Source: a virus
Taxonomy: Duplodnaviria; Caudoviricetes
Virus record (IMG/VR): IMGVR_UViG_3300007555_000007
Span: 1-50,917 of that record
Length of the DNA: 50,917 nt
Reading direction: 5' to 3' (one strand)
Below are positions 33,515 to 43,328 of the stretch, one piece after another. How positions within the stretch are numbered: the first letter of the stretch is position 1; every line of letters starts with the position of its first letter. The notes beneath the pieces are model-generated. The model did not search any database. It saw only the letters and a list, made by a program, of their open reading frames with translations, and was not told where the DNA came from. The position numbers and the translations under genes were made by a program.

Positions 33515-35741
33515 ATTATACAGGGTAGTACCTAATTATGTTCCTAAGAATGTTATTACTAACAAGAACAGGAATAGTAGTTGGGTGTATGGCTATAATG
33601 AAAAGTATGATTTAGTTATTATATCTAAAACAGGAAAGCTTGGAGATGTTATAGAGATTTCCGGTTTAAAAATAGGTTTACCTCTTACTCCCAAAGAGTG
33701 TCTTCAAAGACACAAAGATAAACAACATCAGTATTGGGAAAGACATGAGATTCCAAAACAGCTTTCAAAAATAAAATCCATATTTCAATGGAATGAAATG
33801 CCTACTGCTTTTAAAGACAGGTGGGTGGATTATATTGAGAATGAATTTGATAGAAGAGAAGATGGGGTGTGGTTTATGAATAACGGAGTCAAAACCTACA
33901 TTACAGGTTCTCACTATATATACCTTCAGTGGTCAAGTATAGATGTTGGATACCCTGACTTTAGGGAAGCCAATAGAATATTTTGGATTTTTTGGGAAGC
34001 GTGTAAGGCTGACAAGAGAAGTTTTGGAATGACTTACTTAAAGATTAGACGTTCCGGTTTTTCTTTTATGGGCTCTAATGAGTGTGCTAACACAGGAACA
34101 TTAGCAAAAGATGCAAGGGTCGGAATACTTTCAAAGACAGGGTCGGATGCTAAAAAAATGTTTACAGACAAGGTAGTTCCAATATGTAACAGATTACCTT
34201 TCTTTTTTAAGCCTGTTCAAGATGGTATGGATAAGCCAAAAACAGAACTAGCATTTAGAATACCTGCTTCTAAGATTACTAAAAAAAATATGCACGAGGT
34301 TGACTCTGAGGAAATGACAGGGTTGGATACAACTATTGATTGGAAGAATACAGATGACAACTCTTATGATGGAGAAAAGTTATTGTTATTAGTGCATGAT
34401 GAAAGTGGTAAGTGGGTAAAACCAAATAATATATTAAACAATTGGCGAGTTACTAAAACCTGTTTAAGATTAGGTAGTAAAATTATTGGAAAGTGCATGA
34501 TGGGTTCAACATCAAATGCTTTAGAAAAAGGAGGAGGTAACTTTAAAAAGTTATATGAAGACTCCAATGTGGGAACAAGAAACTCAAATGGTCAAACTAA
34601 AAGCGGGTTATATTCACTTTTCATCCCTATGGAGCAAAACATGGAAGGCTTTATAGATAGATATGGAATGCCCGTTTTAAATAAACCCAAGAAACATATA
34701 CTAGGTGTAGATGGAGAAATGATTAATCAAGGGGCTGTAGATTATTGGGAAGCAGAAGTTGATTCTTTAAAAGATGACCCTGATGCTCTTAATGAATTTT
34801 ATCGTCAGTTTCCTAGAACAGAGTCACACGCATTTAGAGATGAAAGTAAACAATCTTTATTTAATCTAACTAAGATATATCAACAGATAGATTACAACGA
34901 AACTTTAATACAAGAACATCATGTAACTAGGGGTTCGTTTTATTGGAAGAACGGAATCAAAGATACTGAGGTTATGTTTAGACCTGACAAGCACGGTAGA
35001 TTTAATATTGGTTGGAGACCAAAGAAAAATTTGCAGAACAGAACAATAACAAAGAATGGTATTAAATATCCCGGAAACGAACACATAGGTTCTTTCGGCT
35101 GTGATAGTTACGATATATCAGGAACAGTTGGAGGGGGAGGTTCTAACGGAGCATTACACGGTGTGACTAAGTTTAATATGGATGATGCTCCTAGTAACGC
35201 TTTCTTTTTAGAATATGTAGCTAGACCTCAAACCGCAGAAATATTTTTTGAAGAAGTATTGATGGCTTGTGTTTTTTATGGTATGCCAATACTTTGTGAG
35301 AACAACAAGCCAAGACTACTCTATCATTTTAAAAATAGAGGATACAGGGGATTTAGTATGAATAGACCCGATAAAGCTTATAACAAGCTATCTAAGACAG
35401 AAAGAGAACTAGGGGGGATACCTAACTCATCTGAAGATGTAAAGCAGGCTCACGCAGCCGCTATCGAGTCGTATATAGAAAACCACATAGGATTAAATAT
35501 AGATGAAAGCAACTCAGATAGCTTGGAAGCTGATATGGGTACAATGCCTTTTATTAGAACTCTAGAAGATTGGGCAAAGTTTGATATTAGTAATAGAACA
35601 AAATTTGATGCAACTATAAGTTCAGGATTAGCTATAATGGCTAATCAAAAACACTTATACACACCTCAAAAAAAAGAGTCAAAAATTAGTCTTAACTTTG
35701 CAAGATATAGTAACTCAGGAAGAACAAGTCAATTATTATAA
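33492..35741 (+). CDS. terL: Terminase large subunit
   Basis: KIRRSGFS Walker A, LVHDESGK Walker B, GST, GCDSYD nuclease motif; start codon uncertain. Confidence 0.88.
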   Translation: MQNVGQNKLYRVVPNYVPKNVITNKNRNSSWVYGYNEKYDLVIISKTGKLGDVIEISGLKIGLPLTPKECLQRHKDKQHQYWERHEIPKQLSKIKSIFQWNEMPTAFKDRWVDYIENEFDRREDGVWFMNNGVKTYITGSHYIYLQWSSIDVGYPDFREANRIFWIFWEACKADKRSFGMTYLKIRRSGFSFMGSNECANTGTLAKDARVGILSKTGSDAKKMFTDKVVPICNRLPFFFKPVQDGMDKPKTELAFRIPASKITKKNMHEVDSEEMTGLDTTIDWKNTDDNSYDGEKLLLLVHDESGKWVKPNNILNNWRVTKTCLRLGSKIIGKCMMGSTSNALEKGGGNFKKLYEDSNVGTRNSNGQTKSGLYSLFIPMEQNMEGFIDRYGMPVLNKPKKHILGVDGEMINQGAVDYWEAEVDSLKDDPDALNEFYRQFPRTESHAFRDESKQSLFNLTKIYQQIDYNETLIQEHHVTRGSFYWKNGIKDTEVMFRPDKHGRFNIGWRPKKNLQNRTITKNGIKYPGNEHIGSFGCDSYDISGTVGGGGSNGALHGVTKFNMDDAPSNAFFLEYVARPQTAEIFFEEVLMACVFYGMPILCENNKPRLLYHFKNRGYRGFSMNRPDKAYNKLSKTERELGGIPNSSEDVKQAHAAAIESYIENHIGLNIDESNSDSLEADMGTMPFIRTLEDWAKFDISNRTKFDATISSGLAIMANQKHLYTPQKKESKISLNFARYSNSGRTSQLL
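33698..33713. repeat. Palindrome variant GTGTCTTCAAAGACAC (copy 11, inside terL, read as CLQRH)
   Basis: Identical to the variant at 25257. Confidence 0.85.
35693..35700 (+). promoter_or_regulatory. -7 box TAACTTTG upstream of portal
   Basis: Consensus match 45 nt before the ATG. Confidence 0.4.
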
Positions 35742-35745
35742 ATAA

Positions 35746-38181
35746 ATGGAAGATATAAAAATAAATATTGATTCAGCAGGGTTTCCAAATCAGTTCGCTA
35801 CAGATTCAGAAAAAGCAACTGACCAATATGGATTAATGGTGGGTCAAGCTATTCAATACGAATGGTTTAAAAAAGATGGTAGTCAATGTAGATTCTACAA
35901 TCAGTGGGGTGAATTTAATCGGCTTAGGCTTTATGCTCGTGGAGAGCAATCAGTGGCTAAGTATAAAAATGAATTAGCTGTTGATGGAGATTTATCCTAC
36001 ATGAATTTAGATTGGACACCCGTTCCTATTATTCCAAAGTTTGTAGATATTGTTGTAAATGGAATGTCTGATAGATTGTTTAAAGTTGGGGCTTATGCAC
36101 AAGATGCAATGTCTCAAGCTAAACGAAGTAAGTATCAGGATATGATTGAAGGTCAGATGGCTGCTAAAACTGAGTTGCTTAGTATCCAAGAAAAGTTTGG
36201 AGTAGACCCTTTTACAGTAGCACCGGACCAACTTCCTGCTAATGATGAAGAGTTATCTTTATATATGCAGCTAAACTACAAACCTGCAATTGAAATAGCA
36301 GAGGAAGAGGCGATTAATACTTTGCTAGATGATAACCACTATATAGATTTAAGAAAAAGATATGACTACGATTTAAGTGTATTAGGTATTGCTATAGGTA
36401 AGCACGAGTTCCTTCAAGGAGATGGAGTTAAAGTTTCTTATGTAGACCCTGCAAACGTAGTGTATAGTTACACAGAAGACCCAAATTTTAAAGATTGTTT
36501 TTATTGGGGTGAAATTAAAACTGTTGGAGTTACAGAGTTAATGAAGATAGACCAAAGTTTAACTAATTCTGATTTAGAAGAAATATCAAAGTATAGCCAA
36601 TCATGGTATGACTATTTTAATGTTGCTGAACACTATCAAGATAGTTTGTTTTCTAGAGACACAGTTACTCTTTTGTACTTTAATTATAAAACTACCAAAA
36701 CTTTTGTTTACAAAAAGAAAGTTACAGAAGGTGGTGGTTCTAAAGTAATTGAGAAAGATGATACTTTTAATCCTCCAACAGAAATGATGGAAGAAAACAA
36801 TTTTGAAAAAGTATCTAAAACAATTGATGTTTGGTATGAAGGTATTATGGTTATGGGAACAAACATTATCCTTAAGTGGGAAATGGCTGAGAACATGGTA
36901 AGACCTAAATCGGCAAGTCAACACGCAATGCCTAACTATGTTGCGGTTGCACCTAGAATGTATAAAGGAAATGTAGAATCTTTAGTTAGAAGAATGATTC
37001 CTTTTGCAGATTTAATTCAGATGACTCATCTGAAACTTCAGCAAGTTATATCTAGAACAGTACCGGATGGTGTATATATTGATGCAGATGGATTGAATGA
37101 AGTAGACTTGGGTACAGGTAACGCATACAATCCTGAAGACGCATTAAGACTTTACTTCCAAACAGGTAGTGTTATTGGTAGAAGCTACACGGGAGATGGA
37201 GAATACAATCAAGGTAAAGTTCCTATTAAAGAACTAAACTCAAACTCAGGAGCAAGTAAGACTCAAATGCTTATCACTAATTATAATCATTATTTAAATA
37301 TGATTAGGCAAGTGACAGGTCTTAATGAGGCTAGAGATGCTAGTACTCCTAACCCCGATGCTTTAGTTGGTGTTCAGAAGTTAGCAGCATTAAGTTCTAA
37401 TACAGCAACTAGACACATACTAGATGCAAGTCTGTATATGTACAGAACAATGGCAGAAGCTTTAGCTCTTAGAGTTTCAGATATTCTTGAATACTCAGAT
37501 TTCAAAGAAGAGTTTATAAACCAAATCGGAAAATATAATGTATCAATACTAAGTCAAATTAGTGATTTATATATTTATGATTTTGGAATTTTTATTGAAG
37601 TAGCTCCGGATGAAGAAGAAAGAGCACAGCTAGAGGCAAATATAAATATGGCTTTATCTAAAGGAGATATAAATCTAGAGGATGCTATAGATATTAGAGA
37701 GCTTCGAAATTTAAAAATGGCTAACCAACTTCTTAAAGTTAAAAGAATTAAGAAGCAGGAAAGAGATGAAAAGTTTCAAATGCAACAACAGGCTATGGCT
37801 TCTCAACAAGCACAGCAGTTACAGCAAATGAAATCAGGTGCTGAAATGCAAAAGATTGAAATGGAAACTCAGTCTAAAATGAAGATTAAACAAGCAGAGA
37901 TAGCATTTGAAATTGAGAAGATGAACAATGAAGCTATGCTTAAAGCAAACTTAATGAAACAAGAGTTTGCGTATAATCAAGAACTTAGAAATGTTAGTGA
38001 AAATGCTTTAGAGTCTAGAGAAACTCAAAGAGAAAAAGCAAAATCAAACAGAATATCTCAGGCTAATACTGAACAATCTCAATTAATAAACCAACGTAAA
38101 AATAATCTTCCACCTCAAAGGTTTGAGTCTAACGAAGATAGTTTAGATGGATTTGATTTAGCAGAATTTGAGCCTAGATAA
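35746..38181 (+). CDS. Portal protein
   Basis: Follows terL; 811 aa; RLYARGEQ, PIIPKFVDIVVNG; Gln-rich coiled-coil C-terminus as in podoviral barrel portals. Confidence 0.8.
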   Translation: MEDIKINIDSAGFPNQFATDSEKATDQYGLMVGQAIQYEWFKKDGSQCRFYNQWGEFNRLRLYARGEQSVAKYKNELAVDGDLSYMNLDWTPVPIIPKFVDIVVNGMSDRLFKVGAYAQDAMSQAKRSKYQDMIEGQMAAKTELLSIQEKFGVDPFTVAPDQLPANDEELSLYMQLNYKPAIEIAEEEAINTLLDDNHYIDLRKRYDYDLSVLGIAIGKHEFLQGDGVKVSYVDPANVVYSYTEDPNFKDCFYWGEIKTVGVTELMKIDQSLTNSDLEEISKYSQSWYDYFNVAEHYQDSLFSRDTVTLLYFNYKTTKTFVYKKKVTEGGGSKVIEKDDTFNPPTEMMEENNFEKVSKTIDVWYEGIMVMGTNIILKWEMAENMVRPKSASQHAMPNYVAVAPRMYKGNVESLVRRMIPFADLIQMTHLKLQQVISRTVPDGVYIDADGLNEVDLGTGNAYNPEDALRLYFQTGSVIGRSYTGDGEYNQGKVPIKELNSNSGASKTQMLITNYNHYLNMIRQVTGLNEARDASTPNPDALVGVQKLAALSSNTATRHILDASLYMYRTMAEALALRVSDILEYSDFKEEFINQIGKYNVSILSQISDLYIYDFGIFIEVAPDEEERAQLEANINMALSKGDINLEDAIDIRELRNLKMANQLLKVKRIKKQERDEKFQMQQQAMASQQAQQLQQMKSGAEMQKIEMETQSKMKIKQAEIAFEIEKMNNEAMLKANLMKQEFAYNQELRNVSENALESRETQREKAKSNRISQANTEQSQLINQRKNNLPPQRFESNEDSLDGFDLAEFEPR

Positions 38182-38209
38182 TAGCTAAAAAAAATAATTA
38201 AATTAATAT

Positions 38210-38217
38210 TAACTTTG
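38210..38217 (+). promoter_or_regulatory. -7 box TAACTTTG upstream of scaffold/capsid
   Basis: Intergenic consensus match. Confidence 0.55.
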
Positions 38218-38233
38218 TAAAAATTATAATCAA

Positions 38234-39334
38234 ATGGAATTTAAAGTAAAAGAAGTAAATCCTGTTGAGGTAAAAGGAGCTCAACAAGTAGAAAAAGAGT
38301 TGCTTGAAAAACATGAGCAACAATTTGAAAGTGATTCTGTTCAGGAAACTGTTCAGGAAAACAAACCTGAAGTTTTAGAAGAGACAAAAGAAAAACCATC
38401 TACTGAATTAGAAATAAATGAAGAAAGGGTTTTGTCTTTTATAAAAGATAAGTATCAAAAAGAAATTGGTTCTTTTGAAGAGTTACTTGAAGAAAGAAAA
38501 GAGTCTGAAGAATTACCTGAAGATGTAAGTGCCTACTTTAAGTTTAAGAAAGAAACAGGTAGAAGCATTAATGATTACGTTAAGCTTCAGAGAAATTTTG
38601 ATGATATGCCCGAAGACGCATTACTGTCTGAATATTTTTTGGCTACAGATGAAGCCATTGATGCAGAAGACGTAGATGCTATAATGGATGACTACAAATA
38701 TGATGAAGATTTAGATGACGAGTCAGATATTAAAAAGGCTAAATTAAAAAAGAAAAGAATTGTTGCCAAAGCTAAAAAGTTTTTCAACGAACAAAAGGAA
38801 ACATATAAGCAACCTGTCGAGTCGACAAGGGAAGCTAGTTCTCCTGAAGTAGATGAAAAATTAAAAGCTTACCAACAGTATTTAGATAATGCAAAAACGG
38901 TAGAAGATACTAACTTAAAAAAATCCGAGTGGTTTACTAGTAAAACTAACGAGGTTTTTTCTTCTGAGTTCAAAGGTTTTGAGTTCAAATTAGGAGAGAG
39001 TAATGTCACCTTTAATCCGGGAGATGCTGAGGAGTTAAAGAAATCAAACTCTACACCAATGAACTTTATAAATAAGTTTATGAATGAAGAAGGTTTGATG
39101 ACTGATGCCGCAGGATACCATAAAGCATTGTCGGTAGCAATGAATCCTGACAAGTTTGCCAAGTTCTTTTATGAGCAAGGTAAATCAGATGCTATTGAAG
39201 GAGATGCTCGCAAGGCTAAAAACATAAACATGACCATGCGAAAAGCTCCCGAAACAGTTAGTAAAGGTGGAATGCAAATTAAAGCTTTAAGCAATAACTC
39301 AGGTAAAGGCTTAAGGATTAGAAGTAAAAAATAA
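38234..39334 (+). CDS. Capsid scaffolding protein
   Basis: Highly acidic and helical; lies between portal and capsid. Confidence 0.7.
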   Translation: MEFKVKEVNPVEVKGAQQVEKELLEKHEQQFESDSVQETVQENKPEVLEETKEKPSTELEINEERVLSFIKDKYQKEIGSFEELLEERKESEELPEDVSAYFKFKKETGRSINDYVKLQRNFDDMPEDALLSEYFLATDEAIDAEDVDAIMDDYKYDEDLDDESDIKKAKLKKKRIVAKAKKFFNEQKETYKQPVESTREASSPEVDEKLKAYQQYLDNAKTVEDTNLKKSEWFTSKTNEVFSSEFKGFEFKLGESNVTFNPGDAEELKKSNSTPMNFINKFMNEEGLMTDAAGYHKALSVAMNPDKFAKFFYEQGKSDAIEGDARKAKNINMTMRKAPETVSKGGMQIKALSNNSGKGLRIRSKK

Positions 39335-39376
39335 TTAATTAACAAAAAAAAGGTAGTGGCTTACCACTAAAAAAAA

Positions 39377-40804
39377 ATGGCAGTATTAAATACACCGGGT
39401 TTCGACTTGCAGCCTTCAGCTCAACAAGTACCCTTATCAACAAATTACATCACTGACTTCAACTTCTTGAATCAGTATCTTCCTGATACTTATGAAAAAG
39501 AATTTGAGCGTTACGGAAACAGAAGCGTAAGTTCTTTCTTGCGTCTAGTAGGAGCAGAGCTTCCTTCTAACTCTGACCTTATCAAATGGGCAGAGCAAGG
39601 TCGTTTGCACACTAAATATGTAAACTGTACATCAGCTTCTGTAGCAGGAGCAGATACAGCTACTATTACTGTAGCAGATACATTAGTTCCTGCAACTCAG
39701 CCTTCAGGCGGAGCAGGTCAAATTGCAATTAGAGTAGGTCAAACAGTAATGGTTTCTGACAACTCTATTAATTCTACAAACAGCAACAAAGGTATTGTTA
39801 CTTCTGTAGATACAGCAAATGGAACTTTTGACGTAGCATACTACGAAGCAGGAGGACAAACTTTTGCAAACGCAGTAGTTGTTTCTGTATTCATTTATGG
39901 TTCTGAATTTAAGAAAGGAACTAACGGAATGGTAGGTTCTTTGGAAGCTGATGATTTCATCTTCGAAAACTCTCCAATCATCATCAAAGATAAGTATGCA
40001 GTATCAGGTTCTGATATGGCTCAAATCGGATGGATTGAAGTAACAACTGAAAATGGAGCAACAGGATTCTTATGGTACATAAAGTCTGAGCATGAAACAA
40101 GATTACGTTTTGACGATTATCTTGAGACTGCAATGGTTGAAGCAGTACCTGCTGAAGTAGGTTCAGGAGCTATCGCTGCAGGTGGTGACGTAGGGAACAA
40201 AGGTTCTGAAGGTATTTTCTACACTGTGAACAACAGAGGAAATGTATTTGGAGGTGGAAACCCAACAGCACTTGAAGATTTTGATGCTATTATCCAAAGA
40301 CTAGATAAGCAAGGTTCTATCGAAGAGAATGTTATTTTTGTAAACCGTGAATTTTCATTTGACATTGACGATATGTTGGCTGCTCAAAACTCTTATGGAG
40401 CAGGTGGTACTTCTTATGGTCTTTTTGACAATGACGAAGATATGGCTTTGAACTTAGGATTTACAGGATTCCGTAGAGGATATGACTTCTACAAGTCAGA
40501 TTGGAAATACTTGAACGACCCAACAATGCGTGGTGGAATTACAGGTGGAGCTATCAACGGACTTTTAGTTCCTGCAGGTTCTACAACTGTATATGACCAA
40601 GTACTTGGAAAGAACGCTAAGAGACCATTCTTGCACGTTCGATACAGAGCTTCTGAGACTGAAGATAGACGTTACAAAACTTGGATTACAGGTTCTGCCG
40701 GAGCGGCAAGAAACTCTGATTTGGATGCAATGGAAGTACACTTCCTTTCTGAAAGAGCAGTATGTACTCTAGGTGCAAACAACTTCTTCTTATTCAAGAA
40801 CTAG
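39377..40804 (+). CDS. Major capsid protein
   Basis: Position, size (475 aa), codon bias suggesting high expression, followed by a strong terminator. Confidence 0.8.
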   Translation: MAVLNTPGFDLQPSAQQVPLSTNYITDFNFLNQYLPDTYEKEFERYGNRSVSSFLRLVGAELPSNSDLIKWAEQGRLHTKYVNCTSASVAGADTATITVADTLVPATQPSGGAGQIAIRVGQTVMVSDNSINSTNSNKGIVTSVDTANGTFDVAYYEAGGQTFANAVVVSVFIYGSEFKKGTNGMVGSLEADDFIFENSPIIIKDKYAVSGSDMAQIGWIEVTTENGATGFLWYIKSEHETRLRFDDYLETAMVEAVPAEVGSGAIAAGGDVGNKGSEGIFYTVNNRGNVFGGGNPTALEDFDAIIQRLDKQGSIEENVIFVNREFSFDIDDMLAAQNSYGAGGTSYGLFDNDEDMALNLGFTGFRRGYDFYKSDWKYLNDPTMRGGITGGAINGLLVPAGSTTVYDQVLGKNAKRPFLHVRYRASETEDRRYKTWITGSAGAARNSDLDAMEVHFLSERAVCTLGANNFFLFKN

Positions 40805-40818
40805 TAAATAGTAAAACT

Positions 40819-40845
40819 AAAGGGAGGGTAACTCCTCCCTTTTTT
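40819..40845 (+). terminator. Intrinsic terminator after the capsid gene
   Basis: AGGGAGG/CCTCCCT stem plus T run. Confidence 0.85.
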
Positions 40846-40874
40846 ATTTTAATTTTAATTTTAAATTTTATCTA

Positions 40875-41621
40875 ATGAAAAAAGTAAAAACACCCAAAGA
40901 CAAATCGTATAAACTTAAAAAAGACGTAGCTCCTTTAAGTTATATGTTACCCTCAAGAAACAGCAGAAGAGTTCCATTATTGTATTTCGATACTGAAAGT
41001 GGAGTAAACAAACCTTTAAGATATGCTGTTAATCAAAAAACACCTTTTGAAGATGAGCAAGATGGAAATGCAATTTTAGAACCTATTATTTTTGAAGATG
41101 GGTTTTTGTTTGTTCCTAAAAACAATCCTGTTCTTCAGGAGTTTCTTCACTATCACCCTCAAAACGGAACTGTATTTGTTGAAGTTGATAATGAAAAAGA
41201 TGCATCTAAAGAAGTTGAGATTTTAAATGTAGAAGTTGATGCTTTAATTGAAGCTAGAAAACTAAACATAGAACAAGTAGAAACATTATCTAGAGTTTTA
41301 TTTGGACATGATATTAGTAAGTTTACAACTTCAGAACTTAAAAGAGATATTTTAATTTTTGCAAAAAGAGACCCGCATTCTTTTATGAATGCAATTAATG
41401 ACCCTATGTTGAAGCTTCAAGGCAAAGTAGCTTTGTTCTTTGACCAAAACATTTTGTCATTTAGAAATAATAGAAAGGATGTATTTTATAACACCTCTTC
41501 TAATAAAAAGAAAATGTTAACTGTTCCTTATGGAGAAGACCCTGTTTATATCGTATCTTCTTTTTTGAAAAGCGATGATGGAATTGAAGCATTAAAAATG
41601 TTGGAATCAAAATTAGAGTAA
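40875..41621 (+). CDS. Conserved hypothetical (morphogenesis) protein
   Basis: 248-aa ORF after the capsid gene. Confidence 0.7.
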   Translation: MKKVKTPKDKSYKLKKDVAPLSYMLPSRNSRRVPLLYFDTESGVNKPLRYAVNQKTPFEDEQDGNAILEPIIFEDGFLFVPKNNPVLQEFLHYHPQNGTVFVEVDNEKDASKEVEILNVEVDALIEARKLNIEQVETLSRVLFGHDISKFTTSELKRDILIFAKRDPHSFMNAINDPMLKLQGKVALFFDQNILSFRNNRKDVFYNTSSNKKKMLTVPYGEDPVYIVSSFLKSDDGIEALKMLESKLE

Positions 41622-41640
41622 CAACAATAATTATTTATAT

Positions 41641-41681
41641 AAAGAGGCACTTTAGGAAACTGAGATGCCTCTTTTTTTTTT
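41641..41681 (+). terminator. Intrinsic terminator
   Basis: AGAGGCA...TGCCTCT stem plus long T run. Confidence 0.8.
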
Positions 41682-41684
41682 AGT

Positions 41685-41692
41685 TATCTTTG
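41685..41692 (+). promoter_or_regulatory. -7 box TATCTTTG for the tail genes
   Basis: Consensus match directly after the terminator. Confidence 0.6.
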
Positions 41693-41708
41693 TAGAAAAA
41701 TAATAACA

Positions 41709-42407
41709 ATGATAAACTCTGTAAGAAATACTGTCTTGGCAGTATTAAATAAAAACAACTATGGGTACTTATCTCCTTCAGACTTTAATCTATTTGCTAA
41801 ACAAGCTCAATTAGATTTATTTGAAGATGTATTTTATGAATACAATTATCAAATTAATAAAGAAAACGCAAGGCAATCAGGAACAGGGTATGCAAATATA
41901 TCTAAATCTTTAGCTGAAGTTATAGAGTACTTTAATACTTTTAATACTCCACAATATGTTTTTCAAAATAAATATCTTTTACCTGATGATTGGTATTTTA
42001 TTAATGATGTATATTATAATAATAAAACTGTAGAAAAAATATCTGCAAATAAGATAAGAAGATTATTAAATTCTAATCTAACAGCTCCTAACAATCAATT
42101 TCCTGCGTATGTTTTAGCAGGAAATGTTTTAGATGCTTATCCTATTACTATTGCAACTGCAGGAGCAATTGAAGTAAACTACATAAGATACCCTAAAGTT
42201 CCTAATTGGACATATAGTAGTTTACTTGAAGGAACACCTATATTCAACCCATCATTAACCGGTTATCAAGATTTTGAGTTGCCTGCAGATTATGAACCTG
42301 ATTTAGTAAATAAAATTTTACAATATGCAGGTGTATCTATTAGAGAAAATACAGTAACTAATTTTGGAATTGCTCAAGAGCAACAAGAAAATAACGATGA
42401 AAGATAA
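41709..42407 (+). CDS. Head-tail adaptor/tail ring protein
   Basis: LNKNNYGY..PSDFN.FA..AQ; NYIRYPK.P; position. Confidence 0.6.
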   Translation: MINSVRNTVLAVLNKNNYGYLSPSDFNLFAKQAQLDLFEDVFYEYNYQINKENARQSGTGYANISKSLAEVIEYFNTFNTPQYVFQNKYLLPDDWYFINDVYYNNKTVEKISANKIRRLLNSNLTAPNNQFPAYVLAGNVLDAYPITIATAGAIEVNYIRYPKVPNWTYSSLLEGTPIFNPSLTGYQDFELPADYEPDLVNKILQYAGVSIRENTVTNFGIAQEQQENNDER

Positions 42408-43327
42408 TGGCATACTTAAGTGAATATCAATATTACGAAAACGAAGGTACTGCTCCAACAAATAAGAATTGGGGTTCATACCAATACGTTAGTTTAGAAG
42501 ACATTGTAAATAACTTTATGTTAATGTACAGTGGAAATCACTCTTTAATTAATAACGAGGAACAATACAAAGTTTTGTTTCATGCAAAAAGAGCTGTTCA
42601 AGAATTAAACTATGACGCTTTTAAAGAGATTAAAGTTTTAGAACTAAAGCTAGATGATGAGTTTAGATTTGTTCTTCCTAGTGATTTTGTTAATTGGGTT
42701 AGAATATCTGTTTTAAGAAATGGAGTTCTTATGCCTTGTGGTGAAAACATTCAAGCAAATGGAGCTTCTAGTTATCTTCAAAATAGTCAAGGAAAGATTT
42801 TGTTTGATTCTGCAGGAAATATAGAATCAACAACTTCTGAGCTTGATACCTTGAGAATAACTAAACAACTAAAAACAATGTACTTAAATAGTAATAGCCC
42901 ATACAATAATCAGTATGGATATAACTATGATGGCAGATGGTACTTTGATTTTGAGATAGGTGCTAGATTTGGATTAAATACCGAGACAGCAAATATGAAT
43001 CCTACATTTAGAATAGACTCTAAAGCAGGTGTTATAAACTTTGATTCATCTCTTGATGACGAAGTTGTTGTTGTGGAATATGTATCAGATGGTATGGAAG
43101 GCGGAGACAACACTTTAATAACTGTAAATAAATTATTTGAAGATTATGTATATGCTTATATTCAGTACGCTATTTTAAATAGTAAACTTGGTGTACAAGA
43201 GTACATAGTAAATAGAGCACGTAAAAGCAAGACAGCTCTTTTAAGAAATGCAAAAATTAGAATTAGTAATATTCATCCCGGAAGACTATTAATGAATCTT
43301 CGAGGAAGAGATAAGTGGATAAAGTAA
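42407..43327 (+). CDS. Tail ring/structural protein
   Basis: LPSDFVNWVRIS, VVEYVSDG; position. Confidence 0.6.
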   Translation: MAYLSEYQYYENEGTAPTNKNWGSYQYVSLEDIVNNFMLMYSGNHSLINNEEQYKVLFHAKRAVQELNYDAFKEIKVLELKLDDEFRFVLPSDFVNWVRISVLRNGVLMPCGENIQANGASSYLQNSQGKILFDSAGNIESTTSELDTLRITKQLKTMYLNSNSPYNNQYGYNYDGRWYFDFEIGARFGLNTETANMNPTFRIDSKAGVINFDSSLDDEVVVVEYVSDGMEGGDNTLITVNKLFEDYVYAYIQYAILNSKLGVQEYIVNRARKSKTALLRNAKIRISNIHPGRLLMNLRGRDKWIK

Positions 43328-43328
43328 T

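Noticed and set aside
5907-33713. The 16-bp palindrome as a CRISPR repeat
   Set aside because: Copies are 1-8 kb apart, too short for a CRISPR repeat, some lie inside genes, and there are no cas genes.
39354-39369. Hairpin TAGTGG...CCACTA before the capsid start as a terminator
   Set aside because: The stem is short and followed by A rather than T on the + strand; at most a processing or translation element.
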